57,643 bases of DNA, taken from NCBI GenBank assembly GCA_036517195.1, contig DATDXU010000018.1:1-57643 (forward strand), given 5' to 3'. Below are positions 17,138 through 25,578 of the stretch, piece after piece (the stretch's first letter is position 1; the number at the start of each line of letters is the position of its first letter). Made by a program: the position numbers and the translations under genes. This stretch comes from Minisyncoccota bacterium. GTDB taxonomy: Bacteria > Patescibacteriota > Minisyncoccia > Phycocordibacterales > UBA2100. The notes under the pieces were generated by a model. It made no database searches. It saw only the letters and a program-made list of their open reading frames with translations, and was not told the origin of the DNA.

Positions 17138-18199
17138 ATGCGAAAAGAAGCGTCTACTGTTTTATATCGTACCCATCGCCCGAAGTCTTTTAAAGAGGTG
17201 CGCGGGCAAGAGCATGTGGTGCGCGTACTGGAGTCCGCACTTGAAAGTGGTCGTATATCGCATGCCTACTTGTTTGCGGGTGGACGAGGGACAGGGAAGA
17301 CAACGTTCGCTCGAATTTTGGCACGAGCACTCAAGGTGTCTGATAAAGATCTTTATGAGATGGATGCCGCGTCCCGTACAGGCGTTGATGATATTCGCGA
17401 ATTGCGCGAGGGTGTGTATGTTGTGCCGTTTGAGTCCCCATACAAGTGTTACATCATTGACGAAGCGCACATGCTCTCAAAAAGCGCGTGGAATGCGCTT
17501 CTCAAAACTCTTGAAGAACCGCCGTCTCACGTATTATTTATTCTTGCGACGACTGAGCTCGATAAAGTGCCTGACACCATTCAGTCGCGTTGCCAAGTGT
17601 TTCGATTCACGCAGCCTTCGCGGGAAGTACTTACGGACGTTGTTTCTGATGTCGCGAAAAAAGAAAAATACACGCTCGAGCGTTCGGCGGGGGAATTAAT
17701 CGCACTGCTTGCCGAGGGCTCATTTCGCGACGCTCTTTCCATGCTAGAGAAAACTTTTTCTGTTTCAAAAAATAAAAAAATCAGCGTTGCGGAAGTTGAA
17801 ATCGCTTCTGGCGCGCCCTCGGGGGACGTTGTGCGAAAGATTATTGAGGGAATTACAGTACGCGATTCAGGGGTTGCCCTTTCCGCCCTCCATTCGGCAA
17901 CGGGGGGACACATGGATATGCGTGTTCTCACGAAACTTCTTATTCATCGTATGCGAGCGGTGCTCCTGCTTCGCTTTGCGCCTGATGTGGCGAAACATGT
18001 GGCGAAAGAAATGACGGAAGCTGATATGGAATTGGCAGAACGAGTGGCAAAAAATAGGGGGGTAACATCAGATACTTTGCGCGCGTTGCTTGAAGCGTAC
18101 GCGACAATGGCATACGCCGCTCTTCCGCATCTCCCGCTGGAGCTCGCGATTATTGATATCTGCGCACAAGGCGTCGCGGAGTCACAAAAAACTGATTAG
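17138..18199 (+). CDS. dnaX: DNA polymerase III gamma/tau subunit (short, 353 aa)
   Basis: LYRTHRPKSF, HAYLFAGGRGTGKTT, YIIDEAHMLS, FILATTE, QSRCQVFRF. Confidence 0.9.
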   Translation: MRKEASTVLYRTHRPKSFKEVRGQEHVVRVLESALESGRISHAYLFAGGRGTGKTTFARILARALKVSDKDLYEMDAASRTGVDDIRELREGVYVVPFESPYKCYIIDEAHMLSKSAWNALLKTLEEPPSHVLFILATTELDKVPDTIQSRCQVFRFTQPSREVLTDVVSDVAKKEKYTLERSAGELIALLAEGSFRDALSMLEKTFSVSKNKKISVAEVEIASGAPSGDVVRKIIEGITVRDSGVALSALHSATGGHMDMRVLTKLLIHRMRAVLLLRFAPDVAKHVAKEMTEADMELAERVAKNRGVTSDTLRALLEAYATMAYAALPHLPLELAIIDICAQGVAESQKTD

Positions 18200-18271
18200 G
18201 ATAACCCATGTGGTATGTACGCTAGAAATATACACACCACTGGTCTGTTGATGCGTGATTTTTCCGTACTT

Positions 18272-18305
18272 AGTACTGTCTAATTCGCGCGAATTAGACA
18301 GTACT
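18272..18305. repeat. perfect 34-bp palindrome with core CTAATTCGCGCGAATTAG
   Basis: AGTACTGTCTAATTCGC|GCGAATTAGACAGTACT. It lies between the convergent dnaX and ArsR genes. No T-run follows on either strand. Confidence 0.9.
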
Positions 18306-18338
18306 CATGCATACAATTTCGCGTATATGATAAGTGAC

Positions 18339-18623
18339 TCACGCCGTTTTCAGCGTGGCGATGAGTATCGGGTGTCTCTGTTTTGGTAAAGAGTATTGTA
18401 CTGTTGTGCTCGTTTGTTTACTTTCAACAACGTTTGCGTGTGCAAGTATGCGCAGATGTTTTGAGGTTGATGTAAAAGAAAGTTGTATTTTTTCTGCAAC
18501 AGTTCCTACGGGTAATGAACCCTCTTTATGTAAAAGTTGCACGATGAGTAATCGGCGATTATTTCCAAGCGCTCGTAATATTCGCTCGGTCTCTGTTGTT
18601 CTTTTTTTGTCTCCAAATAACAT
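18339..18623 (-). CDS. ArsR/SmtB-family HTH transcriptional regulator
   Basis: ILRALGNNRRLLIVQLLHKEGSLPVGTVAEKIQLSFTSTSKHLRILAHANVV shows the typical ArsR winged helix. Confidence 0.8.
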   Translation of the reverse strand: MLFGDKKRTTETERILRALGNNRRLLIVQLLHKEGSLPVGTVAEKIQLSFTSTSKHLRILAHANVVESKQTSTTVQYSLPKQRHPILIATLKTA

Positions 18624-18638
18624 TGTGTTTAGTATTGT

Positions 18639-18656
18639 CTAATTCGCGCGAATTAG
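18639..18656. promoter_or_regulatory. candidate ArsR operator (core palindrome CTAATTCGCGCGAATTAG)
   Basis: An 18-bp perfect palindrome 16 nt upstream of the ArsR start codon, in the divergent region shared with tRNA-Gln. Confidence 0.45.
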
Positions 18657-18679
18657 CAAATGGTGGGGCGCGAGCTGTG

Positions 18680-18688
18680 TGGTATGAT
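18680..18688 (+). promoter_or_regulatory. extended -10 box TGGTATGAT for tRNA-Gln
   Basis: It lies 15 nt upstream of the mature tRNA 5' end. Confidence 0.45.
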
Positions 18689-18703
18689 ATTTTCACAGTA
18701 CAT

Positions 18704-18777
18704 TGGGGGATCGTCTAACGGTAGGACAGCAGCCTTTGAAGCTGTTTATCTTGGTTCGATTCCAAGTCCCCCAGCCA
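18704..18777 (+). tRNA. tRNA-Gln (anticodon TTG), CCA encoded
   Basis: TGGGGGA...TCCCCCA acceptor stem, anticodon loop CTTTGAA, T-arm CTTGGTTCGATTCCAAG, and a 3' GCCA tail. Confidence 0.9.
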
Positions 18778-18862
18778 AAAACCTTAACGAGTTTTGCTCG
18801 TTCTAGATTTTTGGTGATTCCGAGGCAAAGCCTTGGGACGAGGTTAATTTTCAAACTTTTCT

Positions 18863-20608
18863 ATGCACTATTCTACGTGGTCGTTGATGAAGGACATATA
18901 TGTTTTTCTCAAGCCTCACACCTTTCGCTTTTTTGTTGCTACTATTTTTAGGACCGTAGGGGATCTTGCTTGGTTATACCCCGCATATGCGCTTGCTGTG
19001 TTGGTAAATTTTTTGACTACCCACAGGGTGGGAGACTCCTTGCAACAGGTCTGGATTATAGTCGGTTTTGTTGCACTCGCAATTCTCACTCGGTATGGCG
19101 GGCACTATGTGGCGAAGAGGATGATGTTTTTTGTTAGCGAACGAATTGTGCTTGACGCGCAAGTCGCAAGCATCGCGCACATGTTTCAGATTGATATCGC
19201 TTGGCACGAAAACGAAAATACCGGCAACAAACTCAAGAAGATTGTTCGTGGTAGCGAGAGCCTAGATAGAATACTACGAATTTGGGTCAACAATATTATT
19301 GAGATTATCATAAATTTCGTTGGTATTACATTCGTCATAGCTCAATTTGACAAAGTCATAGCACTTCTGACACTTGTTTTTCTTGTAACATACTACATAC
19401 TCGCGCGAATACTTAGGGGACGCGCAGCACGGGCGGCGCAGATAGCAAATATTCAAGAAGAGAATGTACAGGGAATTCTGTTTGAGACACTGAATAATAT
19501 CCGCAGTGTGAAGGTTCTCGGGATGGCGGAAGCCCTTTTGAGTACCGTTGTCAGAGAGTCTGATAATCTTTTCAGTAAGATAACCAAACGGATTTTTTGG
19601 TTCCAGACTGGAAACTCTGCGCGTGGGCTTTGGGCGCAGTTTTTCCAACTCGGCATAATTATTTTTATAGTATATGGGATACTGCATGGCAAATATGAGG
19701 TTGGATTTCTTGTTCTTTTTTATGGGTACTTTGGTAGTCTCATTCAATCTGTGGCCGAATTGGCTGATATTACACAAGAGTTTATTATCGCAAAGTTTAG
19801 TGTTCAGCGTATGATGCAGATATTGGGGGAACCGATACGAATTGACAGCAAAGAAGGAAAAGTAACCTTTCCTCGCGACTGGAAAAAGATATCTTTGCAA
19901 GACGTATCATTCTCTTATGGTAATAACACTGTGCTCCGCAATGTTTCTTTTGACGTTAATCGTGGAGAGAAGGTTGGCATAGTGGGGCTTTCTGGTGCGG
20001 GCAAGTCCACCCTCTTTAAACTTCTCCTCAAGGAATATGAGTCTTATTCGGGTCGAATTTTAATAGACACCATTCCTCTTACGGATATACGTAGAGAAGA
20101 TTATTTTAAATATTCAGCTGTAGTGCTTCAGGAAACCGAAGTGTTCAACTTCAGCTTACGGGACAACGTGATTCTTGCAAATATCGTGGAAGCCGGAAAC
20201 GAAGATCTATTTGAGAAGGCGATTCGAGTATCACACGTCAAAGATTTTCTCCAAAAACTTCCGCATGGTGTTGATACTCTTATTGGGGAAAAAGGAGTCA
20301 AATTGTCTGGTGGAGAACGACAGCGCGTAGGAATCGCGCGCGCCGTTTTTAAGGATCCTCAAATTCTTCTTCTCGACGAAGCGACATCTCATCTGGATAT
20401 CGAGTCCGAGGAGAAAATTCAATCCTCACTTCACGAATTCTTTCAGAATGTAACAGCGGTCGTGATAGCGCATCGTCTCACAACGATACGGGAAATGGAT
20501 CGCATTATCGTCATTGAAGAGGGGGAACTTATCGAGGAAGGGAATTTTGATGAATTGTATGCAAAGAAGGGGAGATTTTTTGAGTTGTGGGAGAAACAAA
20601 ATCTTTAG
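18863..20608 (+). CDS. ABC exporter, fused permease/ATPase (MsbA-like)
   Basis: Six TM segments, then GIVGLSGAGKST (Walker A), LSGGERQRVGIARA (signature) and ILLLDEATSHLD (Walker B). Confidence 0.9.
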   Translation: MHYSTWSLMKDIYVFLKPHTFRFFVATIFRTVGDLAWLYPAYALAVLVNFLTTHRVGDSLQQVWIIVGFVALAILTRYGGHYVAKRMMFFVSERIVLDAQVASIAHMFQIDIAWHENENTGNKLKKIVRGSESLDRILRIWVNNIIEIIINFVGITFVIAQFDKVIALLTLVFLVTYYILARILRGRAARAAQIANIQEENVQGILFETLNNIRSVKVLGMAEALLSTVVRESDNLFSKITKRIFWFQTGNSARGLWAQFFQLGIIIFIVYGILHGKYEVGFLVLFYGYFGSLIQSVAELADITQEFIIAKFSVQRMMQILGEPIRIDSKEGKVTFPRDWKKISLQDVSFSYGNNTVLRNVSFDVNRGEKVGIVGLSGAGKSTLFKLLLKEYESYSGRILIDTIPLTDIRREDYFKYSAVVLQETEVFNFSLRDNVILANIVEAGNEDLFEKAIRVSHVKDFLQKLPHGVDTLIGEKGVKLSGGERQRVGIARAVFKDPQILLLDEATSHLDIESEEKIQSSLHEFFQNVTAVVIAHRLTTIREMDRIIVIEEGELIEEGNFDELYAKKGRFFELWEKQNL

Positions 20609-20683
20609 CATCGTATAGATATGGAAAGAAATCTCACAGAAAGAAATTGCTCGAAGGAATTTTTCGTGTATACTGCTCTCTAT

Positions 20684-20815
20684 ATGGCAAAGCGGGCGAG
20701 TCAGGACATCAAAAACAGAAAATCGCGCTCTAGAAAGACAAAAAAGCGTCTCGTGGCGAAGTTCGCAATGATTGCAGAAAAAAGGCGCATGCGGGCTCGG
20801 AACGTACACACATAA
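20684..20815 (+). CDS. candidate very basic small protein (43 aa)
   Basis: MAKRASQDIKNRKSRSRKTKKRLVAKFAMIAEKRRMRARNVHT. TATACT lies 9 nt upstream of the ATG. This could instead be the 5' UTR of the helicase gene. Confidence 0.25.
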   Translation: MAKRASQDIKNRKSRSRKTKKRLVAKFAMIAEKRRMRARNVHT

Positions 20816-20843
20816 GAACGCAGATGAAAAAACGCCAGTACTC

Positions 20844-22109
20844 ATGAGCGTGCAAGATACTTTTACGGAAGGAGGATTTTATGGTCTCGGCATTGCACCC
20901 GCGCTTCTTCAATCCATAGCAAAACTTCAATTTTCTGTGCCAACTCCAATCCAGAGCAAGACTATTCCCGCGGGTATTGAAGGAAAAGATTTGATTGGAA
21001 TTGCGCAGACGGGTTCGGGCAAGACTCTCGCGTTCGGCATCCCGATGATTCAACGGATTTTGCAAGAGGGGGCACAGGATAGCAAGGGGCTTGTGCTTGT
21101 ACCGACCAGAGAGCTCGCGCTCCAGATTGCGGAAGTATTTTCAGATATCGGCGCTTCTCTTGGGTTTCGCGCGGCGGTCTTGATCGGCGGGGCACCAATG
21201 GGTCCACAAATATCTGCTCTGAGACGCAACCCGCACGCCATCATCGCAACTCCTGGCCGCCTCAATGATCACTTGGAACAGAGAACACTTTCTTTGGGAA
21301 AAGTTAAGATTCTTGTTCTTGATGAAGCGGATCATATGCTGGACATGGGATTTCTTCCGCAAATTAAAAGAATTCTTGCTGTGCTTCCGAAAGAAAAGCA
21401 AACCATGCTTTTTTCAGCGACACTTCCCCAAGACATTATGCAGATAGCGCTGTCTACCATGAAGTTACCGCTTCGTATTGAAGTCGCGCCTCCGGGCACG
21501 ACCGTGGACTCAATATCTCAAGAGGTATTTATTGTTCGCAAGGAATCAAAGGCAGCGCTGCTTGAAAAAATTCTTTCTGAACATCGAGGTTCGACTCTTG
21601 TTTTTACGCGCATGAAATACGGCGCCAAACGAGTGGCGCACCATCTGCGTTCCCTTGGTCATACTGCGGCGGAAATTCATTCAAATCGATCACTTAATCA
21701 ACGTAAAGAGGCACTTCTCGGGTTCAAGACAGGCAAGTACCGTGTTTTGGTCGCAACCGATATTGCGGCTCGCGGCATTGACGTAAGCGGGATTGAGCTT
21801 GTTATTAATTTTGATCTTCCGATGACATCCTCCGGGTACGTGCATCGCATAGGCAGGACGGGGCGCGCTGGGCTAGAAGGTAAGGCGATTTCTTTCGCGC
21901 TTCCGGAAGAGCAGCGTGACATTAGAGATATAGAACGACTTATTAAAAAAACTCTTCGCATCTCCAAACTTCCATCGGATCTTCCGGTTCCACATATTCC
22001 GCCACCGAACACGGAGCGCTCCCTTAGGACGCCCCCCTCTCGTCACTTCGGCGCGCGTGGGTCTTCGCGGGGCGGAAGACATCAAGGACGAGGTCGCTAT
22101 TTTCGTTAA
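20844..22109 (+). CDS. DEAD-box ATP-dependent RNA helicase
   Basis: Q motif (F..LGI...TPIQ), AQTGSGKT, PTRELA, VLDEADHM, SAT, HRIGRTGRAG, and a basic RG-rich tail. Confidence 0.9.
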   Translation: MSVQDTFTEGGFYGLGIAPALLQSIAKLQFSVPTPIQSKTIPAGIEGKDLIGIAQTGSGKTLAFGIPMIQRILQEGAQDSKGLVLVPTRELALQIAEVFSDIGASLGFRAAVLIGGAPMGPQISALRRNPHAIIATPGRLNDHLEQRTLSLGKVKILVLDEADHMLDMGFLPQIKRILAVLPKEKQTMLFSATLPQDIMQIALSTMKLPLRIEVAPPGTTVDSISQEVFIVRKESKAALLEKILSEHRGSTLVFTRMKYGAKRVAHHLRSLGHTAAEIHSNRSLNQRKEALLGFKTGKYRVLVATDIAARGIDVSGIELVINFDLPMTSSGYVHRIGRTGRAGLEGKAISFALPEEQRDIRDIERLIKKTLRISKLPSDLPVPHIPPPNTERSLRTPPSRHFGARGSSRGGRHQGRGRYFR

Positions 22110-22117
22110 ACGAACAT

Positions 22118-23092
22118 ATGCTGGTAGATGAGATAACAATACGGTTTGTCGCTGGACACGGTGGCCGTGGCGCTGTTGCTTTCAATAAAATTCGCTTGGC
22201 GCAGGGGCCGACGGGAGGAGATGGGGGCACAGGCGGGAGCATATATCTTGAAGGCGTTTCTGATATTGGTGCGCTCCAACTCTATGCGAACAAAAAAGAG
22301 ATTCAGGCCGAAGACGGAAAGAATGGGCGCGGTCAGTTCATTGATGGCAGGAAAGGCGAGGACCTTATATTGAAAGTGCCGATTGGTACCACAGTCACCA
22401 ACCTTGAAACGGGGTATGCGCAAGAAATACAAAAAGTGTCGGAACGCATTCTTGTTGCGGGTGGAGGCTCGGGCGGGAAGGGGAATTTCAAATTTCGCTC
22501 GTCAACAAACACATCTCCCAAAGAATATCAGGCGGGGTTTAGTGGCGACACATCTACGTACAAGCTGGAGCTTCGCCTCATCGCCGACGTAGGGTTAGTG
22601 GGGTTGCCTAACGCCGGCAAATCAAGCTTGCTTAACGAGCTGACTGGGGCAAAAAGCAAAGTAGCGAATTATGCGTTTACAACACTTGAGGCACACCTCG
22701 GTGCCTATTATGAATTAATTATTGCCGACATTCCCGGCCTTATTGAGGGCGCACACCTCGGCCGGGGGCTTGGTGTCAAATTTCTCAAACATGTAGAACG
22801 AACGAAAATTCTTTTTCATTTGATTTCAGCTGAGTCCACCGACCTTGCGCGTGATTACGACATTGTGCGTACCGAACTGGAGAAGTACAATCCCGCACTG
22901 TTGCGCAAAGAAGAATATGTGATTTTAACCAAAATTGATATTCTTTCTCCAAAAGAGGTTGAGGAGAAATTGTCCGTGCTTAAAAAGCGTATCGCAAATT
23001 CCATCGCAGTTTCTATTCTTGATGTGGAGAGTATGGATAGGTTGAAAAAGATTCTCAACGATATTAAATCCAAAAAACTCACAGGAGTATGA
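22118..23092 (+). CDS. obg: GTPase Obg/CgtA
   Basis: Obg fold (GHGGRGAVAF..GGDGGTGG), GLVGLPNAGKSSLL, FTTL, DIPGLIEGA, TKID. Confidence 0.9.
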   Translation: MLVDEITIRFVAGHGGRGAVAFNKIRLAQGPTGGDGGTGGSIYLEGVSDIGALQLYANKKEIQAEDGKNGRGQFIDGRKGEDLILKVPIGTTVTNLETGYAQEIQKVSERILVAGGGSGGKGNFKFRSSTNTSPKEYQAGFSGDTSTYKLELRLIADVGLVGLPNAGKSSLLNELTGAKSKVANYAFTTLEAHLGAYYELIIADIPGLIEGAHLGRGLGVKFLKHVERTKILFHLISAESTDLARDYDIVRTELEKYNPALLRKEEYVILTKIDILSPKEVEEKLSVLKKRIANSIAVSILDVESMDRLKKILNDIKSKKLTGV

Positions 23093-23331
23093 AATCCAAA
23101 CTCTTTTTTTTTCACGTGTGTGCGTTTACCGCAGGCGCCGTTTTCATAGTCATATATTTCTTCCAAAAAATATCCGCACTTCCCACGGAGGGTGGTCTTG
23201 CGGTCATAGCGCTCATTCCGATTATGGTGGTGTTTGTAATTGCGTTTGGAATTGGGTGCCTCATTTTTTTTGGTGTATCTTTGCTTGTTCGACATGTGTG
23301 GAGAAAGAGAGTGGCCCATAGGGGAATATGA
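23089..23331 (+). CDS. small membrane protein (80 aa)
   Basis: Two hydrophobic helices. Its ATG overlaps the obg stop (ATGA). Confidence 0.4.
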   Translation: MKSKLFFFHVCAFTAGAVFIVIYFFQKISALPTEGGLAVIALIPIMVVFVIAFGIGCLIFFGVSLLVRHVWRKRVAHRGI

Positions 23332-23362
23332 ATAAAAAGAATATTTAAGATATACTTTCAGG

Positions 23363-23878
23363 ATGATGAGGATGGTTATTGTGAATGAAAACGATGAGGT
23401 TATTGGGAGTAAGGAGCGAGAGGACAGAAATACAACTGACATTAATCGCGTTACGGGAATGTGGCTTCTCGACGAAAACAAAAATGTTTTAATCGCACGG
23501 CGCGCTCTTGATAAATTTTATGACCCGGGGAAATGGGGTATGTCTGTCGCGGGCACTGTAGAGGAGAACGAATCGTACATACACAACATTTTGAAAGAGG
23601 TTCAGGAAGAGCTGGGGATCAAAGTGAATGAATCCTCCGTTGTTGTGGGGACAAAGCGATTTGTGGAAGCACAGCACAAATATTTTTTTCAATCATATGT
23701 TACGTATGTGCCAGAAGGGACACAGTGTGTCATTCAGAAAAGTGAAGTTGAGAGCGTACAATGGATTTCTTTTGACGCGTTGGCTGAATGGTTCGCTCGC
23801 GCGCCGCATGATTTTACGCGCGCATTTGGGCTATCTTTTGAAAACCTCAAAAGTTTTCTTTTCCAGCAACATGGATAA
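23363..23878 (+). CDS. Nudix hydrolase (IDI-like)
   Basis: Nudix box GTVEENESYIHNILKEVQEELGI. TATACT lies 6 nt before the ATG. Confidence 0.75.
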   Translation: MMRMVIVNENDEVIGSKEREDRNTTDINRVTGMWLLDENKNVLIARRALDKFYDPGKWGMSVAGTVEENESYIHNILKEVQEELGIKVNESSVVVGTKRFVEAQHKYFFQSYVTYVPEGTQCVIQKSEVESVQWISFDALAEWFARAPHDFTRAFGLSFENLKSFLFQQHG

Positions 23879-23999
23879 AGAGATGTATCAAATGGCTTTT
23901 GGTATACACGAATAGATGAACATAGTACAATTTTTGATGGATGGCACGATGTGTGCTATTTTTATTCTAGACAATAAGAATTAAAAAGGGGGGAGGTAC

Positions 24000-24437
24000 A
24001 TGGGAGTCAAGGGCAAGATGCGTGGCCGGTTTTTGGTGCGGCCGTATTTTTGGGCGATGTTCGCAACGTTTTTCGGGTGGTTTTTCGATTACGTTCCTTA
24101 TGTAAGTGCCGGGGTGTGGCTCATACCTCTTGGCGGAACATTAAATTACATTGCCGTGAAACTAAATGGAGGATCTATGCCCATTTTTATTTTGAATGAC
24201 CAGTTCAAAATACTAATACCCCTATGGGTTAAAGAAACCGAAGGCCGCCATTCAGTGCTCGATGCCAATACGCGGTGTCCCTATTTGTGTGACCGATACT
24301 ATTCTTTTTATAGAAACAAAATAGTAATAAGAAGTATCGGAGACATACTGGTTGAAGTTGGGGCACTTTGGTTTTTTTGTTGGAAGTGTCTGATGCTGTT
24401 TTTTATTGCGATCTCCCTCATTCGCTTTCTTTGGTAA
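24000..24437 (+). CDS. integral membrane protein (possibly DUF5317-like)
   Basis: Strong SD sequence (GGGGGGAGG), hydrophobic ORF, and an LNGGSMP motif. Confidence 0.45.
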   Translation: MGVKGKMRGRFLVRPYFWAMFATFFGWFFDYVPYVSAGVWLIPLGGTLNYIAVKLNGGSMPIFILNDQFKILIPLWVKETEGRHSVLDANTRCPYLCDRYYSFYRNKIVIRSIGDILVEVGALWFFCWKCLMLFFIAISLIRFLW

Positions 24438-24448
24438 GAATATATATT

Positions 24449-24480
24449 GCCCCGCTTGTGCGTGCGGGGCATTTCTTTTT
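24449..24480 (+). terminator. rho-independent terminator
   Basis: GCCCCGC/GCGGGGC followed by ATTTCTTTTT. Confidence 0.7.
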
Positions 24481-24540
24481 GCGACAGTTGAAATATTTTG
24501 TGAAAAAGCAGATGGTACTATATAGTGTCAGACAGCGTTA

Positions 24541-25011
24541 TTGCAGATGGGGTGTGTGATGGCGGAATCAGTAACGCGCTGGATGTTGCAGTTGGCAAGC
24601 GAACTCGCTATGGTCACGCCGGAAGATCTTGCGGCGAATGAACCAAAATGTTCCGTGGTTCCTGACGATGGCACGGTACTCGGTGTTGCAAGTGAGGAAC
24701 TTCAACGACTCATAGTGCTTAGACAGGGAATTCGTACGCAGTGCATGGCTCTGGCGCGTGCCGCCATACAACATCGAAACAAAAATCCGAACGATCTAAC
24801 CCCATTTACTGACACTGAACTTGAGGCGCGGGATTTAGCTGAACGATATACCGCTCTCTCTTCAGTCATGACAGAATGTCTCCGGAGAGAATTTCCACAA
24901 GCGCGAGGCGCTTTCCAGTGGGTACTTATCAGCGGGTGGAGGGTCGTTGTAATACCTTTGCCACGGATAGTTCCCCCGGGTCCTTTTGAGGACGCCGTTA
25001 CTCTTCATTGA
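24541..25011 (+). CDS. hypothetical protein (start uncertain: TTG 24541, ATG 24547 or ATG 24559)
   Basis: ORF with a terminator directly downstream. I recognise no motif. Confidence 0.4.
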   Translation: MQMGCVMAESVTRWMLQLASELAMVTPEDLAANEPKCSVVPDDGTVLGVASEELQRLIVLRQGIRTQCMALARAAIQHRNKNPNDLTPFTDTELEARDLAERYTALSSVMTECLRREFPQARGAFQWVLISGWRVVVIPLPRIVPPGPFEDAVTLH

Positions 25012-25025
25012 CGCAAACCCGACGA

Positions 25026-25056
25026 AGCCCCGTAGAAATACGGGGCTGTTCTTTTT
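25026..25056 (+). terminator. rho-independent terminator
   Basis: AGCCCCGTA-GAAA-TACGGGGCT followed by GTTCTTTTT. Confidence 0.75.
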
Positions 25057-25090
25057 GGTGTGTGGATAACTGTCTTGCGGTGGGGTATAG

Positions 25091-25099
25091 TGGTATATA
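25091..25099 (+). promoter_or_regulatory. extended -10 box TGGTATATA of the dcw/mraZ promoter
   Basis: It matches the recurrent TGGTATAnT box seen elsewhere in the window. Confidence 0.4.
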
Positions 25100-25110
25100 T
25101 CATATAAGTA

Positions 25111-25137
25111 GTGGGATAAAGTGGGATACAGGGATAT
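25111..25137 (+). promoter_or_regulatory. candidate MraZ binding repeats
   Basis: GTGGGATAAA / GTGGGATACA / GGGATAT are direct repeats with a 10-nt period that abut the mraZ ATG. MraZ operators elsewhere are phased GTGGG-type repeats. Confidence 0.5.
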
Positions 25138-25572
25138 ATGTTGATCGGAGAATACGAACATACACTAGACGAGAAGAAGCGCGTTTCGCTTCCGAAGACG
25201 TTTGCAAAAACGCTTGGGAGAAAACTCGTGATGACGCGCGGACTCGATACCTGTTTGTTTTTATTTTCACTTGACACATGGAAGCGCGTTGCTGAGAAAT
25301 TACAATCGCTTTCGTTTGCTCAAGCGGATACGCGCGGGTTCAATCGCTTCTTACTCTCCGGAGCAGTTGAAATTGAGGTGGACAGCGCGGGTAGGATTTT
25401 AATCTCCGAACATCATAAACAGTTTGCGGGGCTCAAGAAAACCGTTGTATTTGCGGGTGTATCCGATCGCGTTGAACTGTGGGACGACGTGCTTTGGAAA
25501 CAGTACAAGACGCGCATTGAACGTCAGGCAGATGCAATGGCAGAAAAATTGGGAGAGATAGGGGCCCTGTAA
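25138..25572 (+). CDS. mraZ: transcriptional regulator MraZ
   Basis: EYEHTLDEKKRVSLP, and a second SpoVT/AbrB repeat DSAGRILI. Confidence 0.9.
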   Translation: MLIGEYEHTLDEKKRVSLPKTFAKTLGRKLVMTRGLDTCLFLFSLDTWKRVAEKLQSLSFAQADTRGFNRFLLSGAVEIEVDSAGRILISEHHKQFAGLKKTVVFAGVSDRVELWDDVLWKQYKTRIERQADAMAEKLGEIGAL

Positions 25573-25578
25573 TGTTGT

